Shown: positions 45,671 through 56,800 of the stretch, piece by piece
How positions within the stretch are numbered: position 1 is the stretch's first letter
How the letters are laid out: each line of letters begins with the position of its first letter
IMG/VR virus record: IMGVR_UViG_3300006737_000017
Span: 32,001 to 96,000 of that record
Direction: 5' to 3' (one strand)
Source: a virus
DNA: 64,000 nucleotides
Program-made: the position numbers and the translations under genes
Notes under the pieces: generated by a model
What the model was told of the DNA's origin: nothing
Database searches by the model: none
The model's input: the letters and a program-made list of their open reading frames with translations, nothing else

Positions 45671-46078
45671 ATGAAAAATTTGATTTTAACAATGATGCTA
45701 GTATGCGGCATGTTCGCAGCAAATGCACAAACAAGTGGTGACTGGTACGTAGGTACTGGAGATGTAGCAAATACAGCATGGACTGATTGGTCTGTGTCAC
45801 CTACAATTGGATATGGTGTTATGGACAACCTAATGGTTGGTTGCTCAGTATCTCAAGCAGATTCAACTGTTGATATGGATATTGATTTTCACGCAAGATA
45901 TTTTGTAAAAGGATATTTTGCTTATTTAGCAACAGACGGGCTATCTACGGATGGTATGTCTATTGGGGCAGGTAAGATGTTTACCTTACGTAATAATATT
46001 TACGTTGACCCTAAAGTGGTTTACAACACAGGAGAAAAAACTACAAACCTTACATTAGGGTTTGGGTTTAGATTCTAA
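45671..46078 (+). CDS. Small outer-membrane beta-barrel protein
   Basis: Signal peptide (AANA/Q); amphipathic strands; C-terminal LGFGFRF beta signal. Confidence 0.8.
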   Translation: MKNLILTMMLVCGMFAANAQTSGDWYVGTGDVANTAWTDWSVSPTIGYGVMDNLMVGCSVSQADSTVDMDIDFHARYFVKGYFAYLATDGLSTDGMSIGAGKMFTLRNNIYVDPKVVYNTGEKTTNLTLGFGFRF

Positions 46079-46153
46079 TTAACCCATAATGGGTCAACAT
46101 GCTTTCGATGCAATTTTGCAACAGAATACTTATTAAAACAATAGGAGAAAACA

Positions 46154-46378
46154 ATGGATTCAGTAATTAAATACGTAAATGGTTTCTTTGGTGGTTTAGG
46201 TACTATTATGTTAGCTATCTTACCAGTAACGATTCTATGGCAAGTACTTACGGGTACTACTGTATTTGGAATGGATGTAATTGCAAATTTATCAGCTCTT
46301 GTAACTTCACTAGGTAATGGTGGTTTTGTAGGATTGGTAGTATTAGTAATTGTTGCTTCATTCTTTATGAAGAAATAG
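46154..46378 (+). CDS. Small hydrophobic membrane protein
   Basis: Two TMs; AGGAG SD. Confidence 0.7.
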   Translation: MDSVIKYVNGFFGGLGTIMLAILPVTILWQVLTGTTVFGMDVIANLSALVTSLGNGGFVGLVVLVIVASFFMKK

Positions 46379-46395
46379 TTATATAAATAAAAAGG

Positions 46396-46421
46396 GCCCT
46401 CGTTAATTCGGGGGCTTTTTT
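46396..46421 (+). terminator. Rho-independent terminator
   Basis: GCCCTCG-loop-CGGGGGC followed by TTTTTT, with an A run upstream. Confidence 0.8.
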
Positions 46422-46457
46422 GTGTGTTTAAGATATTTATAATAAAGGGAATGATAT

Positions 46458-46796
46458 ATGGATAAAGAAATATTTAAGGGAAAAACGTTTTCTGATTTGT
46501 GTGAGGATATATATACAAATTCTGTAAAGAAAGAAAAACAAATTTCAGCTTTGATAAAAGATTTACAACCAATGATCAAGTCAATTGGGGATGCAACTGT
46601 TATTGTACCGATAATAAAAGAATATTTAGAAGTTGGTGTAAAGAACGATGAGCATTTAATAAAGATGGCAGCTATAGTACAAAGGGCTCAATCTAGAGGC
46701 GATTCAACTGAGTCTGGTGGAATGCTTTTAACTGAAGAAGAAAAACGCCATCTATTAGAAACTGTTGAAGAACTAAACTCGGAAGATAAAAAATAA
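46458..46796 (+). CDS. Helical phage protein of unknown function
   Basis: First gene after the late motif at 46432. Confidence 0.6.
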   Translation: MDKEIFKGKTFSDLCEDIYTNSVKKEKQISALIKDLQPMIKSIGDATVIVPIIKEYLEVGVKNDEHLIKMAAIVQRAQSRGDSTESGGMLLTEEEKRHLLETVEELNSEDKK

Positions 46797-47830
46797 TGCA
46801 AGACGAAATAATACAATCATCATTTTCTTCAGCAGATGGAAACAAAAATGAAGGAAATAAAATACCTCTTTATATGGGAAGAGTTATTAATGTTCTATTA
46901 AACCCTGAAACAAAAGAGTCGGTTGGTAGAGTAGAATTAAGAGTAGCAGAAAGAGAAGATGAAGAGGACAATCAGTTTGAAGAAGTATTTGCATTTCCAA
47001 TAAATTTGTATAACTATACAATGCCGCTTATTAACGAGTCTGTATTGGTTCATAGAACTGAAGCTGGTAGATACTTTTACTTTTCAATACCTCCTCACAA
47101 TTTTTATGATCAAATAACAATTGATAATGAGGATGACACTGAGCTAGAAGGTGAGGAAGAAGATGTAAAAATAAACTTGCAATCTTTTGATTTAATATCT
47201 GCAAATGATGAATCAGATAAAGAAATATATGGAGAGACCTTTACAGAAGAAGTTAAAACTGCTACTGATGCTATATTAAGTAGAAACGTTCATGAAGGTG
47301 ATACACTAATACAAGGTAGATTTGGAAACTCTATAAAGCTTACTTCAAAGAATGAACTAAATGAAACTCCTTGGAGTATAGATGGAGAGGACGGTCAACC
47401 TGTAATAGCAATTAGAAATGGTTTAGAAAGATACGAAGATCCTACAACAGATAATTCATTTATATACCTATTATCAGATCAATCTTTTGATTTTGGCGAT
47501 ATAGCTTTCTCTCCTGAGAGTGGAAATCTTGGTGATACTATGGATGCTTATGTTGGAGGCCAAGTTATAATCGGAGCAGATAGATTAACATTGATGTCTA
47601 AAGCAGACGATATTTCTATATCATCTGCAGGATTAGTTAGTATAGCAACTGCAAAGTGGGCAGTAGATGTAGACGTCTTAATGGATCAAGTTAAAGCATT
47701 AGCAGAACAAGTTGAGGCTTTAACAGCTGGGTCAGCAACATTCACAACTGGAGTTGGTCCAACTGGTCCTGCTACTAATGCTGGTGACTGTGCAGCCATC
47801 ACTGTTGAAATATCTGGGATGGAGCAATAA
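46796..47830 (+). CDS. Baseplate hub/spike protein (gp5/gpV-like)
   Basis: OB-fold-like N-terminus (GRV, P...E.V), EGDTLIQGRFGNSI, C-terminal TGVGPTGP. Confidence 0.6.
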   Translation: MQDEIIQSSFSSADGNKNEGNKIPLYMGRVINVLLNPETKESVGRVELRVAEREDEEDNQFEEVFAFPINLYNYTMPLINESVLVHRTEAGRYFYFSIPPHNFYDQITIDNEDDTELEGEEEDVKINLQSFDLISANDESDKEIYGETFTEEVKTATDAILSRNVHEGDTLIQGRFGNSIKLTSKNELNETPWSIDGEDGQPVIAIRNGLERYEDPTTDNSFIYLLSDQSFDFGDIAFSPESGNLGDTMDAYVGGQVIIGADRLTLMSKADDISISSAGLVSIATAKWAVDVDVLMDQVKALAEQVEALTAGSATFTTGVGPTGPATNAGDCAAITVEISGMEQ

Positions 47831-48366
47831 TGGCAATTAATTGGTCAGGTTTAGAATCGGATATTAAAGCTTGGTTCGAAGATGTAGGAGAAAAGACAGA
47901 AGATGATACTGCAAAATTTTTAGCAGACTCATATGGTCAAACTGTATCAACAGCTGCTGATCCAAATGGTAATCCTGTAATACCTCCTGGTAAAGAATCT
48001 GGAATAGAAAAAGCTTGGTCTTCTGCCTTTGCAGCACAGAAAGCAGTAGACAATAAATTAGGCCCTCCTGGGTGGGTATCTGTCGAAGGCGCTATACTTT
48101 TATTTTGGACTGCTTGTCCCTTTTCACCAGCACCCCCGCATCCTGGTACAGTAACGCCAATTTCAAATATTACAACTATGCCTGGATCTCCCGGTATAGC
48201 AGCAGCTATAGATAAAGCTTTTAATCAAGAAGATCCTGCTAAAGTTGCAAAGGAATTAGTTACTGGGTATAAAGCGCATGCTGCAACAATAGCTGGTTTG
48301 TACATAGGTCTTATACCACCTACAGCATCTACTCCATTAAACGTACCATGGGCAGGAATAAAATAA
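47830..48366 (+). CDS. Putative baseplate-associated protein
   Basis: Context. Confidence 0.45.
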   Translation: MAINWSGLESDIKAWFEDVGEKTEDDTAKFLADSYGQTVSTAADPNGNPVIPPGKESGIEKAWSSAFAAQKAVDNKLGPPGWVSVEGAILLFWTACPFSPAPPHPGTVTPISNITTMPGSPGIAAAIDKAFNQEDPAKVAKELVTGYKAHAATIAGLYIGLIPPTASTPLNVPWAGIK

Positions 48367-48417
48367 CCTTTAGTGATATTTATATATAGAAAAAGGTTTA
48401 TATAATAGGAGAATAAA

Positions 48418-48756
48418 ATGACAAAGAAAGACTTAGTACGTTTGATTAGAGAAGTAGTAAAACGAGAAGTAAAGACGCAAGTTAACAATGTATTAACTGA
48501 GATGGAAAATACCTCATCTAAAAAAATGAGTATTAATGAAGCAATAGAGCAAACAGCTGCAACAGACGTTCCAACTCTGAAAACATTTACAGCTGCTGAT
48601 GCAAGAGCAGGTTTTGCTGCAATGCAAACTGGCTTCAACCAACCACCACAGCAAACAGATTTACACGGTAAACCAGTTGACGTTAGTCAATTGCAAGGTG
48701 GACTAGATAAAGTATTAACAAGAGATTATTCAGAATTAGTAAAAAAGTTTAAGTAA
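48418..48756 (+). CDS. Putative virion protein
   Basis: MTKKDLVRLIRE leader; VLTE and SINE sites; late motif upstream. Confidence 0.5.
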   Translation: MTKKDLVRLIREVVKREVKTQVNNVLTEMENTSSKKMSINEAIEQTAATDVPTLKTFTAADARAGFAAMQTGFNQPPQQTDLHGKPVDVSQLQGGLDKVLTRDYSELVKKFK

Positions 48757-48762
48757 TAACAT

Positions 48763-49182
48763 ATGCCAGAAAATAACCCGATATTAATAAACCCAATTGA
48801 TCTTGAACCAGATGTTGCCATCGGTATTAGTTTACCTATGGATGCTTCAAATGGCGCAGCACTTCAAAGTACATTTTATACTAAAGATCAAATAAAGGCA
48901 AATATTACAAGTTTATTTTCAACTATGATTGGAGAAAGAGTTATGCAACCAACGTTTGGTACATATCTTTTCAATCTATTATTTGAACAAGTTAATACTG
49001 ATTTGAAAGAAAAACAAATAAGAAATGAAGTAGATAGAGCTATACAACAATGGGTACCAGAAGTAATTGTAAATGAAGTATCATTTCCTGAAGTTATAGA
49101 TGAAAGAAAAATATTAATTAAATTGAAATATAGTATACCACAGTATAACTTAGAAGACGAATTAACTTTAGAGGCACAATAA
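48763..49182 (+). CDS. Baseplate wedge subunit, gp25/GPW-like
   Basis: QIKANI..L..T..GERVMQPTFG...LLFE, I..WVPEV. Confidence 0.88.
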   Translation: MPENNPILINPIDLEPDVAIGISLPMDASNGAALQSTFYTKDQIKANITSLFSTMIGERVMQPTFGTYLFNLLFEQVNTDLKEKQIRNEVDRAIQQWVPEVIVNEVSFPEVIDERKILIKLKYSIPQYNLEDELTLEAQ

Positions 49183-49184
49183 TT

Positions 49185-51068
49185 ATGGCAAGTAAAGATA
49201 TTAAATATGTAGGTAGAGATTTTGATGGTTTTAAGTCTAACTTGATAGAGTTTGCTAAAAACTATTTTCCTAATACCTATAATGACTTTGATACTGCATC
49301 ACCTGGTACAATGTTTATTGAGATGGCGTCTTATGTAGGAGATGTACTTTCATATTACACAGATTATGCATTAAAAGAAAGTATGTTGCACAGAGCAACA
49401 GAGAGAAAGAATTTATACGACCTAGCACAAGGTTTTGGATATAAACCAAAAATTTCTGTAGCATCTACATGTAAATTAGATGTATATATAAAAATACCCG
49501 CATTACAAGTAGCGACAGAAGATAATGCATTCGGAGGAGCAGCATCAGCACCAGATTGGGACTATGCTCCAGTTATAGAACAAGGAATGGTAGTATCAAC
49601 AGATGGTGGTACAAAATTTTATACGATGAACTCAATCAATTTCCAAGCTTCATCATCCTCTGATACTACTGATGTAACTGTTCACACGATTAATGCAACT
49701 ACATCTAATCCGGAATATTATTTATTAAAGAAGACTGTATTAGTATCAAGTGGTGATATAAGAACTACTTCATATGGTGGAACTGGTACAAAATCTCAAA
49801 AGTTTACTATAAACGATGATAATGTAATAGGTATAAATGAAGTAACAGACGGCGACAGCAATAGATGGTATGAAGTTCCTTACCTAGCTCAAGACACTAT
49901 CTTTGGAGAAAATGTTAATAGCGCAGCTTTTGATCCAACAACAAGTGGAGAATCTTCTAAGACTCCATATATTTTAACGTTAAAGAAAACGCCAAGAAGA
50001 TTTGTAACAAGAATCAATGGTGATAATAAATTAGTTTTACAATTCGGTTCTGGTATTTCAACAATAGCAGATTCTTTAATATTACCAAACCCAAATAATG
50101 TAGGTACAAATTTACCAGGTTCATCTGATAATTTGAACAAAGCTTTTGACCCTTCTAATTTTATGAAAACCAAAACTTATGGTCAAGCTCCAACTGAAGC
50201 TCTTACAATAAAATATACAGTTGGATATGGCTTAGCTGGTAATGTATCAACTGGAACTATAACAAGTGTCAATTCGAAAACTATTACACAAAATTCAGAT
50301 GACGTATCAGATGCTCTAAAGAATATAGTAGAAACTTCTATAGCAGTAAACAATCCTGAACCAGCAAGTGGAGGAAAATCACAAGAAACAATAGAAGACG
50401 TTAGAGAAAATGCTCTTGCTCATTTTGCTACACAACAAAGAGCTGTAACTAAGGAAGATTATATAATAAGAGCATATTCAATGCCGCCTAAGTTTGGATC
50501 TGTTCCAAAAGTATTTATAACTCAAGACACGCAAATAGATATGAAAACAAGAGAAGAAGTGAATAATCCTCTTGCTTTGAATATGTACGTTTTGGGATAT
50601 GATCAAAATAAAAACTTAGCTAATTGCAACGAAGCTTCAAAAAAGAATTTGAAAAATTATTTATCACAATACAGAATGATGACTGATTCTATAAATATTA
50701 AAAATGGGTACATAATAAATCTAGGAGTAGACTTTGAAATTGTAGTACTAGCAGGCTTTAACTCTAGAACAGTCGTCTTAACTTGTATAGATAAATTAAA
50801 AGAATTAATGCATATAGATAATATGCAATTTATGCAACCAATTATTATAAAAGATTTACAATTAGAACTTTCAAAAATAGACGGTGTTCAGTCTGTTATG
50901 AAATTTGATATAAGAAATAAGTGGAGAACAAGCTTAGGTTATTCTGGGGTTAAATACAACTTAGAAGATGCTAATAAAGGTGGAATAATATATCCTTCAA
51001 AGGATCCGTCTATATTTGAAATAAAATATCCAAACATAGACATCCAAGGAAGAGCAACTACATATTAG
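49185..51068 (+). CDS. Baseplate wedge protein, T4 gp6/baseplate J-like
   Basis: RDFD..K..L, ME.ASYVGDVLSYY, LA...GY, QFGSG, GG...ET, QQRAVT.EDY. Confidence 0.88.
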   Translation: MASKDIKYVGRDFDGFKSNLIEFAKNYFPNTYNDFDTASPGTMFIEMASYVGDVLSYYTDYALKESMLHRATERKNLYDLAQGFGYKPKISVASTCKLDVYIKIPALQVATEDNAFGGAASAPDWDYAPVIEQGMVVSTDGGTKFYTMNSINFQASSSSDTTDVTVHTINATTSNPEYYLLKKTVLVSSGDIRTTSYGGTGTKSQKFTINDDNVIGINEVTDGDSNRWYEVPYLAQDTIFGENVNSAAFDPTTSGESSKTPYILTLKKTPRRFVTRINGDNKLVLQFGSGISTIADSLILPNPNNVGTNLPGSSDNLNKAFDPSNFMKTKTYGQAPTEALTIKYTVGYGLAGNVSTGTITSVNSKTITQNSDDVSDALKNIVETSIAVNNPEPASGGKSQETIEDVRENALAHFATQQRAVTKEDYIIRAYSMPPKFGSVPKVFITQDTQIDMKTREEVNNPLALNMYVLGYDQNKNLANCNEASKKNLKNYLSQYRMMTDSINIKNGYIINLGVDFEIVVLAGFNSRTVVLTCIDKLKELMHIDNMQFMQPIIIKDLQLELSKIDGVQSVMKFDIRNKWRTSLGYSGVKYNLEDANKGGIIYPSKDPSIFEIKYPNIDIQGRATTY

Positions 51069-51079
51069 AGGAATAACTT

Positions 51080-52156
51080 ATGATTTATAATATATACCCA
51101 ACAAAAGATACGACTGTTTATAATTACTCTGCGAGTATGAATACTGGTCTTGATCCAATATTGGAAATACAAAAAACTACGCCAATACAAGGTTCAAAAA
51201 GTATAGCAAGATCATTTTTACAAGTAGATTGGGAAAAGGGATACGCAGAACTTCAAGCTTTACCTGGCGATTTTACTACGGCTTTTGCTGCATCAAACTT
51301 TTCAAGTAATTTAATCTTACATTCTACAGAAGCAGAAAATATACCTTACTCTTATAAGATAGAAGCAATACCATTAAATCAATCTTGGGAAATGGGTATA
51401 GGTAAAAGAACGCATACTCCTATAACTGATAAAGGTTGTTCTTGGGGGTTTACCGATCTTTCCGGTTCAACTGAATGGGGTAATGAAGGCGGTTCTCCTA
51501 GTGCAACTATAACTCAAGCAAACATAATGACTCAATCTTTTGAGTTTGAATCGACAGATATAAAAATAGATGTATCCGAATCTTTAGCTGGCTGGCATTT
51601 GAATGCTAGTAATAATAATGGTATAATGCTAAGAATTACTTCTAGCCAAGAATCAGATTCATTAGAATATGGTACATTAAAATTCTTTTCAAAAGATACT
51701 AATACAATCTATACTCCAAAGTTGCAAATAGGGTGGGACGATTCTATATACTATACTGGTTCAATGGAGAAAGCTGAAACAGATGAAATATTAGTTTATA
51801 TAAAAAATAATAAATATGAATACAAAGAAAAAGAAGTAATAAGAGTAGAAGTTAGAGCTAGAGATATTTATCCTACACAAACATATGGAACTTCTTCAGC
51901 AGCATTAAAAGATTATTATTTACCAACTGGTTCTTTTTATTCTATAAAAGATGCAGAAACTGAAGAAGCTGTTATTGACTTCGATAGTTCATATACAAAA
52001 TTAAGTTGTTCTGGTTCTGGGCATTATTTCAATTTAGCAATGAATGCTCTACCTTCAGAAAGGCTATATAAAATAATATTAAAAGTAGACAATAGAAATT
52101 ATAATGGTCAAGTAGAATACTTCGACTCTAATCATGTATTCAAAGTAGTTAGGTAA
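51080..52156 (+). CDS. Virion structural protein (baseplate region)
   Basis: KDTT, W..G.G, NNGIML, FFS...P.L pattern; context. Confidence 0.55.
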   Translation: MIYNIYPTKDTTVYNYSASMNTGLDPILEIQKTTPIQGSKSIARSFLQVDWEKGYAELQALPGDFTTAFAASNFSSNLILHSTEAENIPYSYKIEAIPLNQSWEMGIGKRTHTPITDKGCSWGFTDLSGSTEWGNEGGSPSATITQANIMTQSFEFESTDIKIDVSESLAGWHLNASNNNGIMLRITSSQESDSLEYGTLKFFSKDTNTIYTPKLQIGWDDSIYYTGSMEKAETDEILVYIKNNKYEYKEKEVIRVEVRARDIYPTQTYGTSSAALKDYYLPTGSFYSIKDAETEEAVIDFDSSYTKLSCSGSGHYFNLAMNALPSERLYKIILKVDNRNYNGQVEYFDSNHVFKVVR

Positions 52157-52161
52157 AAGAT

Positions 52162-53808
52162 ATGCCAAGAAAAATATTTTCAATAGAAGACATACAGGAG
52201 ATATACAATAAAGAGCGCGTTAATAAAAAACGCCAACAGTCCGAGTATGAAAAAAGTAGAAATCAAGAAAATACAACTGGGCCAACTGCTAATTCTAACA
52301 ATGTAGTTTTAATAAGCAACAGAGAAGAAATTGTAACAGATTTTAATGTATCTGCCGATAGAGAATACTATGATAGAAAATCTTTTGAAAGCACATTTGA
52401 TACAGAGATTGCACAATTAAAAACTGGAGCTCCACCAGTGGAACAAGATCCAGATCCAAGCCCACCACCTGCTCCAACAGTCGTTCAAGTTAGATGTACA
52501 AATCATCATTGGACATTAGATGGAGGGAAGGGGAGAACTGAAAAAGACAAACCATCTTGGCATCATAATCATCACCCATTAGGTAACAACCCCGATGGTG
52601 GTGCATTAGTAATACCAAATGATCACCCTCTTTTCTTTTTAAGAAGATGTGAACCTGCTGATGCAAGGAGGACTTTTAATTTTGAATGGAAAGTAGATGG
52701 CAAAGTAGTTTCAGAAGCTCCATATTTTCACATGTTTAATGCAAGCGATCAAAAACCCGAAGGCAATTCTTGGAGAAAGGCTCCGGATATTATAGTAGAA
52801 GTAAGAGTTTGGAATGAATCTGGCGAAAAGACTGCAAAGATGAAAATGAGATGTGCAAGCAGCATAGGCGATGATAATCATTTAGAAGATGATGGAAAAC
52901 CAAAACCAAGATGGAAGTGGAAAGGTACAAGATACTTTAGAGAAGAAGAATTTTGGAAAGGTGGTTGGAGAGTTTACACTGATTATCAACTTGACACAAG
53001 GTATAAACCTAGAAAAGTTTATCTTAGCAAAATAACTTTAGAAGATTTTGATAAATTGTCTTACACTAAACCTTCAAAGTTTGCAGCTAAACCTTGGAAT
53101 AATAGTAAAGGTATATCTAAGCAATTATTACCAGAGATGAAAAAGCCAGAAAGAAACGATTCGGACTATGCTCATCATTCTAAGAATTGGTCTAAGTGGA
53201 GAAGAGAACACTCTTCAATATTCCATTCAAGTAGATACAATCCTTGGAACCGTAATAAATTTTCCTTTATAGGTGAAGTATATATAAATGGTGATTGGGT
53301 TACTTTTCCAAAAATTTGGTCTGGGTATGAAAGCGAATCTGCATTAAAGGATAAGTATGACGCAAAAAACTTTATGAGATTAGATGAAGATGGAAATCCT
53401 GCTAAAGTACGCTCTAATACAAAGGACGGGGAAAAAGTTGGAACTACATTAATGCAAAAAATAAATAAGCCTATATTTGTAACAGCACCACTTGGAGAAG
53501 TAGTTAAATTTGGTTTTAAGTATGGATTCAAAAAATCTTCTACAAACAAGGGAGAATTAGAATATGTAATTTTTACAGGCCATAAAGCTCACACAGTAAA
53601 AGAATCAGATGGCGAAAAAGTTTGGTTAAATATAAAATTAAGACCGCATATTATAAAATACGACAAAGACGTTTATGAATACGAAATGCCTGATGGAGAG
53701 GAAAAAACTGACGGAGAATTTACTAAGTCAACAGCAACAAGTAGAAGTGAAAAAGGAACAACTACTAGTAATCGTAGAGATATGAATCGTGGAGGGGGAG
53801 GATACTAA
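52162..53808 (+). CDS. Putative structural protein with an Ig-like segment
   Basis: FEWKVDG...VEVRVWNESG; context. Confidence 0.45.
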   Translation: MPRKIFSIEDIQEIYNKERVNKKRQQSEYEKSRNQENTTGPTANSNNVVLISNREEIVTDFNVSADREYYDRKSFESTFDTEIAQLKTGAPPVEQDPDPSPPPAPTVVQVRCTNHHWTLDGGKGRTEKDKPSWHHNHHPLGNNPDGGALVIPNDHPLFFLRRCEPADARRTFNFEWKVDGKVVSEAPYFHMFNASDQKPEGNSWRKAPDIIVEVRVWNESGEKTAKMKMRCASSIGDDNHLEDDGKPKPRWKWKGTRYFREEEFWKGGWRVYTDYQLDTRYKPRKVYLSKITLEDFDKLSYTKPSKFAAKPWNNSKGISKQLLPEMKKPERNDSDYAHHSKNWSKWRREHSSIFHSSRYNPWNRNKFSFIGEVYINGDWVTFPKIWSGYESESALKDKYDAKNFMRLDEDGNPAKVRSNTKDGEKVGTTLMQKINKPIFVTAPLGEVVKFGFKYGFKKSSTNKGELEYVIFTGHKAHTVKESDGEKVWLNIKLRPHIIKYDKDVYEYEMPDGEEKTDGEFTKSTATSRSEKGTTTSNRRDMNRGGGGY

Positions 53809-56800
53809 TGGCACAGAAAGATAAAACTTCTATGAATCAAATAGCACCATTGATGAAAGAATTTGATGGTGATAGACATGACAAGTTAAAATCTGTTGAA
53901 AAGGTATTAGATAAGCGTAGCCCAAGAGATGGAGATTTTTTATACTTAAAAGTTTTTAATGGTGAAACTTTATTAAATACTCATTGGCTTAAAATAGCTG
54001 AATACGATTGTATAACTATTCCTAACGAAAGAGAATTATCTGTAGATTGGTATGACCTTTTATTAGATGAACTAAGATATAGCCCTGGTAATTATTCTAT
54101 CGACTATTGCGTAAAAAGGATGGCTTGTTGGCCAAACGAATTTGTTAGAGTAAATGAAATTTCCAAGAATAAAATGGAAATTAGAGTAGATGCAATACAC
54201 GAAGATGCTCTTACTAATATAAGAAAACCTTTAATACAAGGTAAATATTATGCACCACTAGATATATTTCACGAAAGAGAGGGTTTAGTAAAAGCTGTTT
54301 CTTGGGTATACGATGAACACTTTGAAGATGAAACTTTAATCGTAAAGCTAGGCGATAAAATTCCTAGGAAAATTAAAGTTGGAGATGAAATAGAATTATG
54401 GGATGAAATTTCAAGTGTAAGAAAACTAGATATAATTTTAGAAGTATCACTACCAACAGGTCTAGAACCATACACAGAACTTAGAGGACCGCAAGTAACA
54501 TTAGATGTTAATACAGAAGTTGGAAAGCCAACTGAATTGGAATCTTGGGAATCTATATTAACAGGATCAGCTGAAGTAAATCAAAACTTGTCAACGAAGA
54601 TATTATCTGGTTCTGGATATGAATTAAATATAGACTACAGAAAATTCGATAATTTTATACATTTCAGTTCTGCAAAGGAAAGGTTGGTAAACTTTGAATA
54701 CAAGGTTAGATTAGTAGAATACTATGAGTCTAAATCTTTAGGTCACTCAACAAGTTTAACTGGTCAAGCTTCATCCTCAGTTACTGCTTCAGCAATATAC
54801 ATTTCTGAATCAGCAAATTACAGTACAGAAAAACAACATATAATAGGAAGCTTTGATCACTTTGAAAAATATCTTTATGAGCAATCTGGTAGTGGGCATA
54901 CAGAAGATAGTATAGTTTATTATTCTACAACTTGGCCAAAATACGATAACCCAGTTGCAAACGGCTATCCAAAATATATTAACCACTCTTACTCTTCTTC
55001 TGAAGCTCAAACTTGGTTAACTGGTTCTTTCTTATCTGCTTCAAATTACGACGAAAGTAATATGAATATATTAAGAAAAACGATACCAGCAGTTCAAAGA
55101 GCAGATCAAAATAATTCTGGTTTTGTTTTATTTGTAGATATGATTGCTCAACACTTTGATATCTTGTACAATTATATAGACAACTTGAAACACCAAAGAA
55201 CAAGAGATGAAGATCTTAATACTGGTATATCTAAAGATTTACTATTTGAAACATTAAAATCTTTTGGTTGGAAGCCAAAGTCTGGTTTAGATTTAGAAAA
55301 GATTTGGGAATATTGGTTAGGAACAAGTAGAACTGGTGGTTACGCTGGACCAGGAACCACGGCTTGGGATGCTGATAATTCAGCTACATATGCATCAACT
55401 GCTACTACATCAAGTGCTTGGTCTACAGAACCAACTCCAAAAAGAGATTTAGAATTAGAACCTATTTCAAGAGTTATTAACAACTTACCTTATTTATTAA
55501 AAACTAAAGGTAGTAAGAGAGGTCTTAAAGCATTATTAGCTTGTTATGGTATACCAAGTTCTTTCTTCAAGATTCAGGAATTCGGAGGACCAGATCCACA
55601 AAGACACACAGCAACAACTTCTTCTCATACAAGAGAGATAGACGTTTCCAATCATGCATTACAATTTCAAGGTGGACTATATAATCAAGATGCAAAAGTT
55701 TGTTTCTTAAGTGGTTCATGGGATAATGCTGATGCAATACAATCTGTAGAATTTAGAATCAAAACCAATTATCAAAATTCTCAATCTTTGTTTGCAACTA
55801 ACATAGCTGGTAATGCTCCATCAAGGCAGCAAGTATTTTTATTGCCATCTAAATCAGCAGATGACCCAGATACTAAATATGCCTTTGTTAAGTATATGTT
55901 TGCAGACGTAGATTCAGCAACGTATAAATCGGGATCTCTTGGTAAACTTCCAATATTAGATAATGATTGGTGGAACCTAGCGCTTATCAATGATGACGAA
56001 GGTAAAAAGATAAAATTAGTTTGTCAAAAAGCTCCTGATCATGCAAATGGTAATATAACTCATAAGGATTCTATAGAAATAGATTATTTAGATACAGATC
56101 AAGGTTATGGATGGGGTCACTCATCGGTAAATGAATGGAGATTTGGAAAGAAATTCCAAGTTACAAATACCCATTTTAATAGTTCTGCATCAAATTGCGA
56201 TTTCTTTTCTGGAAGCTTACAAGAATTAAGATTTTGGTCAAACGAATTAGATGATTATTCTATAGACTTACATACTAGAGCAGCAACATCTATATATGGA
56301 AATTCTTATTCTGGTTCTTTTGACAATCTTGTACTTAGACTTCCATTGGGAACGGATAATAACATAGATCACAATACAGCATCGATAAATACATTTACTT
56401 CAACACACCCAGATCAAACGAAAACTGGTATATCAACTCAAACAGTTTATATGTCTGGGTCATTTGAATGGGAGGATGAAAATGAAACTTATTATGTTAC
56501 TACTCCAAACTCTTTTGGCCTAAGACCAGTATCTAATAAGATTAGAATAGAAGCTAATACTGTAAATGGAACACTAGATCCATTTGAATCTCAAGAGTCA
56601 AGTTCGTCAGATACAAATCCTATAGACTTAGCTGATCTATATGTATCAGTATCTCCACAAGACGATTTAGATTTAGACATAGGTTTACAATATGGCGATA
56701 TAAATATGGATAACTATGTAGGAGATCCAAGAGAAAAGTATGCAACAGATTATTCTCAACTGAGAAAATTAAGAGCAGATTACTTTAAGAAGTTTACATC

